Below are positions 7,492 to 10,709 of a stretch of DNA of 10,709 bases, piece after piece. Each line of letters begins with the position of its first letter. The stretch's first letter is position 1. The position numbers and the translations under genes are program-made. Below the pieces are notes generated by a model. That model was not told the origin of the DNA and ran no database searches. It worked only from the letters and a program-made list of their open reading frames with translations. Source of the stretch: Treponemataceae bacterium (GTDB lineage Bacteria; Spirochaetota; Spirochaetia; Treponematales; Rectinemataceae); NCBI GenBank assembly GCA_963677895.2, contig CAXXGJ010000027.1, positions 1 to 10,709 on the forward strand, in the 5' to 3' direction.

Positions 7492-7968
7492 CTAATCTTT
7501 AAAGACTGCGGACTCGTAAGGGGCCCACTTCGCGGCGCCTGATTCGAGCCGCAGCTTGCGTTCGGGCGTTACGCCGGACGCGAATTCCGTTTCAAGGAAC
7601 ACGTCTATGATCTCACAAGCCATGCGAAGACTCGTCGTGGTCCCACCGATAGCGACGATGTTGGCGTCGTTCACGATACGGCTCTCCCGCGCTGCCCAGT
7701 AGCTCTCAACAAGGGCGCATCGCGCTCCCCTGTTCTTATTGGCGGCAATGCTAATCCCCACGCCGGTTCCGCATATCGCAATTCCGCGCTTGGCCTCGCC
7801 GCCCGCAACCGCTTTCGCCACATTACGCCCCACATCCATGTACCACACGGGGTGCTCCGCGTCCTGGGTTCCCAGATCGAGCACTTCGTATCCCTTTTCA
7901 ATGAGGTATTTCTTCACTCCAACCTTGAGCTCGTAGCCGCCCGGATCCGCACCTAGCGCGATTGTCAT
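7492..7968 (-). CDS. rpiB: RpiB/LacAB family sugar(-phosphate) isomerase with a divergent active site, 158 aa
   Basis: IALGAD.GG..LK, EVLDLG, ICGTGVGISIAANK and NDAN motifs, GGAGG RBS. The family is clear, but ribose-5-phosphate specificity is doubtful. Confidence 0.9.
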   Translation of the reverse strand: MTIALGADPGGYELKVGVKKYLIEKGYEVLDLGTQDAEHPVWYMDVGRNVAKAVAGGEAKRGIAICGTGVGISIAANKNRGARCALVESYWAARESRIVNDANIVAIGGTTTSLRMACEIIDVFLETEFASGVTPERKLRLESGAAKWAPYESAVFKD

Positions 7969-8003
7969 ACCTTTTCCTCCAGTTCATTCGATGAAGTGAT
8001 CAC

Positions 8004-8032
8004 AGTGTAGATGAGGAATTATCACTTGTCAA
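8004..8032 (-). promoter_or_regulatory. Putative sigma70 promoter for the rpiB-like gene
   Basis: Minus strand TTGACA (8032-8027), 17-nt spacer, TACACT (8009-8004), about 35 nt upstream of ATG 7968. Confidence 0.7.
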
Positions 8033-8145
8033 GAAAATAATCAAAATATCTATCTCGTTGATAATTTATTTATAAAATTTTATAATTACATTTGTTATAT
8101 ATATTTGAATGTGTTAACAATTTTTCATACTACTAGTTTATCCGC

Positions 8146-8174
8146 TTGACAGTTCTTGGAAATGACTCCAAAAT
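8146..8174 (+). promoter_or_regulatory. Putative sigma70 promoter for the transketolase genes
   Basis: TTGACA (8146-8151), 17-nt spacer, CAAAAT (8169-8174). The -35 is perfect and the -10 imperfect, with AT-rich sequence upstream. Confidence 0.45.
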
Positions 8175-8271
8175 GATAATCAACCTTATCATATCCAATA
8201 GCTTTATTATCGTTTATGTTGATCGATGTTCTTTTTTCGAACATCCATATGACCTTTCAAAGAGGGTAAAA

Positions 8272-9123
8272 ATGAAGCGGGAAGAAATAACCCAGCTAAA
8301 ACTCGCGGCCATCAGATGTCGGCAGAATGTGCTCCGCATGATACAGGCCAATCATTCGGGACACCTGGGGCCGGCTTATTCCTGCATGGATATCGTAACC
8401 GCCCTCTACTTCCACGCATTGAACCTAGATCCTAAGAATCCGGGCAAGGCTGATCGCGATCGCTTCCTGCTTTCGGCTGGGCATAAGGGCATGGCGCAGT
8501 ACGCGGCGCTCGCCGAGGTCGGCTTCTTCCCGAAGGAAGTGCTCGATACCTTTGGAAAGTTCATGTCCCCCATCCCGGCTCATCCCGATATGCGCAAGCT
8601 GCCAGGGATCGAGGCGAATACCGGCGCTCTCGGACATGGTCTTGGACTTGCTTGCGGCATGGCCCTTTCCTTGAGGCTCGATAAGTTCACGTCACGCGTA
8701 TTCGTGCTTCTGGGCGACGGCGAGTTGGCGGAGGGTTCAAATTGGGAAGGCGCGGCGATCGCAGCGCAATACCGTCTGGACAACTTGGTAGCCTTCGTCG
8801 ACCTGAATGGCCTTCAGATCAGCGGGCGGACAAAGAACATCATGAGCTTCGAACCCGTCGGTGACCATTTCGCCGGCTTTGGCTGGTCGACTCGAGACAT
8901 CGACGGCAACAATATGGAAGAGATCGTGGCGGCCCTCGACGCCCTTCCCTTCGAACCCGGGAAGCCGAGTCTCATCGTCGCTCACACGATCAAAGGCAAG
9001 GGATTTTCCGACGCCGAAGATGCGGCGGGGTACCATTACTGGAATTCGAACGAGACGGACCTAGCTCGCGCGGAAATGGAGCTGACGGAAGCGATCGGAA
9101 AGGTGGAAAGAGATGGACTATGA
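8272..9123 (+). CDS. Transketolase, N-terminal (TPP-binding) subunit of a split enzyme, 283 aa
   Basis: SGHLG, RDRFLLSAGH, HPD...PGIEANTGALGHG, TPP motif GDGELAEGSNWE...DLNGLQ, IDGNN, HTIKGKG and YH. Start moved to ATG 8272 (AGAGGG RBS); the ORF-track start at 8146 is the TTG of the -35 box. Confidence 0.95.
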   Translation: MKREEITQLKLAAIRCRQNVLRMIQANHSGHLGPAYSCMDIVTALYFHALNLDPKNPGKADRDRFLLSAGHKGMAQYAALAEVGFFPKEVLDTFGKFMSPIPAHPDMRKLPGIEANTGALGHGLGLACGMALSLRLDKFTSRVFVLLGDGELAEGSNWEGAAIAAQYRLDNLVAFVDLNGLQISGRTKNIMSFEPVGDHFAGFGWSTRDIDGNNMEEIVAALDALPFEPGKPSLIVAHTIKGKGFSDAEDAAGYHYWNSNETDLARAEMELTEAIGKVERDGL

Positions 9124-10048
9124 AATACTTGACGCTAAGAAAATTATGGGGGAAGCCGTCCACGAGATGGCCAGGGACAACAGCAAGATCATCATGATCT
9201 CGACCGACAGCGCGAGCCGCTCTGGATTCTCCTCCTTCATAAAAGACTTTCCCGACCGGTACTTCGAGCTCGGGATCATGGAGCAGTCAGCCCTGAGCGT
9301 AGCCTCGGGCTTTGCGACGACAGGAAAGATCCCCGTCTTCTGCGCCCCGGCCCCCTTCGTGACCGGTCGGCCCTTCGAGATGTTCAAGGTGGATTTGGGC
9401 TACATGCGGCAGAACGCCAAAATAATCGGCAGGAATTGCGGGCTGAACTATGCCGATCTTGGCCCGACCCACTTTGGGCTCGAGGATTACGCACTCGTCA
9501 GGATGATACCGAAAGTCGTGATCCTCGCCCCGCAGGACGCCTCCGAACTGAAGGGCGCGATAAAGGCGATGCTGGAATACGATGGCCCCGTCTACCTCAG
9601 GCTGAGCACGGCGCCGATACCGAAGATCTTCGAGGAAAAGCCCTTCGTGATAGGCAAGGGAAATATCATACGCGAGGGCAAAGACATTGCGATTGTGACA
9701 ACCGGGGAAATCACCCGCAACGTCCTATCCGCGACGGAAATCCTCATAAGTCGGGGGATCGACCCGATGGTGATAGGCATGCCTACGATAAGGCCTTTCG
9801 ACGAGGATCTTCTGATTAAAACCGCTAGGAAGATCGGGAAGATAGTCACCGTCGAAGAACATTTCGATATAGGCGGGCTTGGCACGATCGTATGCGAGTT
9901 GTGCGGGAACTCCTGCCCGATGCCGGTTCTCAGACTCGGAGTACGTGGCGACTACATCAGTTCCGGTCCCTATAAAGACCTCCTGGCAGAGGTTGGGCTG
10001 GATCCGCATAGCCTTGCCCAAAAAATCGCAGAGTTCGCGAATAAGTAG
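9113..10048 (+). CDS. Transketolase, C-terminal (pyrimidine-binding + C-terminal domain) subunit, 311 aa
   Basis: FPDRYFELGIMEQ, GPTH...ED, GPVYLRL, IGKG..IREGKD and VTVEEH...GGLG motifs. Overlaps the upstream subunit by 11 nt, consistent with translational coupling. Confidence 0.95.
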   Translation: MDYEILDAKKIMGEAVHEMARDNSKIIMISTDSASRSGFSSFIKDFPDRYFELGIMEQSALSVASGFATTGKIPVFCAPAPFVTGRPFEMFKVDLGYMRQNAKIIGRNCGLNYADLGPTHFGLEDYALVRMIPKVVILAPQDASELKGAIKAMLEYDGPVYLRLSTAPIPKIFEEKPFVIGKGNIIREGKDIAIVTTGEITRNVLSATEILISRGIDPMVIGMPTIRPFDEDLLIKTARKIGKIVTVEEHFDIGGLGTIVCELCGNSCPMPVLRLGVRGDYISSGPYKDLLAEVGLDPHSLAQKIAEFANK

Positions 10049-10103
10049 TTTTCGCGGCCCGCGTACCTATGAAAGGAAAAGAGAAGGGGGCGCCCTATGC
10101 AGC

Positions 10104-10128
10104 CGCTGTTCTTCATGCTAGAACAGCG
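10104..10128. other. Hairpin between the transketolase and lysE genes (terminator or operator candidate)
   Basis: 9-bp inverted repeat CGCTGTTCT (10104-10112) / AGAACAGCG (10120-10128), followed by AT-rich sequence including TATAAT at 10132-10137. Confidence 0.35.
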
Positions 10129-10182
10129 AGATATAATTTTATATAACTAGCATATTCTTGGATGGTTCTCGCGGGGGAAGGC

Positions 10183-10709
10183 ATGAATCCTGATCTATTG
10201 CCTATGATTTCCTATATTTTCATCACCACGTTCACCCCCGGGCCCAACAATCTTTCCTCGGCCGCCGCGGGCATCAAGATCGGGCTCAGGCGGACGCTGC
10301 CCTACCTCTTCGGGATTTCCTCGGGCTTTTTCTGCGTCCTGGCGAGTTCGGGGCTTTTCAGCGTCTTCCTGCGCACGCGCTATTCGGCGATCGCCCCCTA
10401 CCTCAAGTGGCTGGGGTTTTCCTACATGATATGGCTTGCGATGTCTCCGTTCATAAAACACAGGTCCGCCGGCCAGAAAGATGTCAGCTATTCCTACCCT
10501 GCCGGACTCTTCCTTCAGGTTGTCAATCCCAAATCGATCCTCTATGGAATAACCATCTACGCTTCTTTTTTCGATTTGCTGGCAGGCAGCGTTCCCAGAG
10601 TTCTCTTTTCAGCTTTCCTGCTGACCATCGTCGGTTTCGTCTCGATCCTCACATGGACCCTGGCCGGTAGCGGCCTGACAAAAATCCTCAAAGGACCGAA
10701 AAGCGAGAT
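10183..10709 (+). CDS. LysE/RhtB family amino-acid exporter (EamB-like), 3'-truncated by window edge
   Basis: Open frame from ATG 10183: MNPDLLPMISYIFITTFTPGPNNLSSAAAGIKIGLRRTLPYLFGISSGF...LKWLGFSYMIWLA...GLFLQVVNPKSILY. TPGPNN, YxxWLA and NPK are LysE/RhtB signatures. GGGGGAAGG lies upstream. Not listed in the ORF track. Confidence 0.92.
   Translation, partial: MNPDLLPMISYIFITTFTPGPNNLSSAAAGIKIGLRRTLPYLFGISSGFFCVLASSGLFSVFLRTRYSAIAPYLKWLGFSYMIWLAMSPFIKHRSAGQKDVSYSYPAGLFLQVVNPKSILYGITIYASFFDLLAGSVPRVLFSAFLLTIVGFVSILTWTLAGSGLTKILKGPKSE

Noticed and set aside
8171..8192. Fur box (AATGATAATCA...TTATCAT)
   Set aside because: The half-site resembles Fur, but the spacing does not fit the 7-1-7 arrangement and no iron-uptake genes are present. 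The local DeoR regulator is a simpler explanation, though Fur is not excluded.
8146..8271. 42-aa N-terminal extension of transketolase subunit A
   Set aside because: It begins at the TTG of a TTGACA box in AT-rich regulatory DNA. Family resemblance and the RBS start at ATG 8272.
6008..10048. Ordinary ribose utilisation / pentose phosphate operon, or direct assignment to the apiose or sulfoquinovose pathway
   Set aside because: No ribokinase or ribose ABC transporter is present and key binding residues are changed. Apiose isomerase/apulose kinase and sulfoquinovosidase/SQ isomerase genes are not seen in the window.
10195..10670. ORFs 10195-10461 (-) and 10407-10670 (+)
   Set aside because: Shadow frames of the LysE/RhtB gene starting at 10183.
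1..10709. CRISPR arrays, tRNA/rRNA, IS elements or pseudogenes
   Set aside because: I saw no regularly spaced repeats, RNA-gene signatures, transposase motifs or frameshifted genes by eye.

Overview
Bacterial catabolic gene cluster with no mobile elements, RNA genes or CRISPR visible. A long minus-strand run (RpiB-family isomerase, DeoR/GlpR regulator, RbsD-family mutarotase, Zn-dependent MDR dehydrogenase, TRAP transporter dctPQM, VOC-family protein, classical SDR) is divergent from a split two-subunit transketolase across an AT-rich promoter region. The 3' end of an iron-containing alcohol dehydrogenase (4-hydroxybutyrate dehydrogenase-like) lies on the left edge and a truncated LysE/RhtB exporter on the right; neither is in the supplied ORF track. 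The main signal is that the transketolase, RpiB and RbsD keep their catalytic residues but appear, by eye alignment to remembered reference sequences, to have replaced substrate- or phosphate-binding residues. There is also no sugar kinase in the cluster, and uptake is by an anion-type TRAP system. This suggests an uncharacterised, possibly kinase-independent pathway for an unusual acidic sugar. The substrate cannot be determined from sequence alone.
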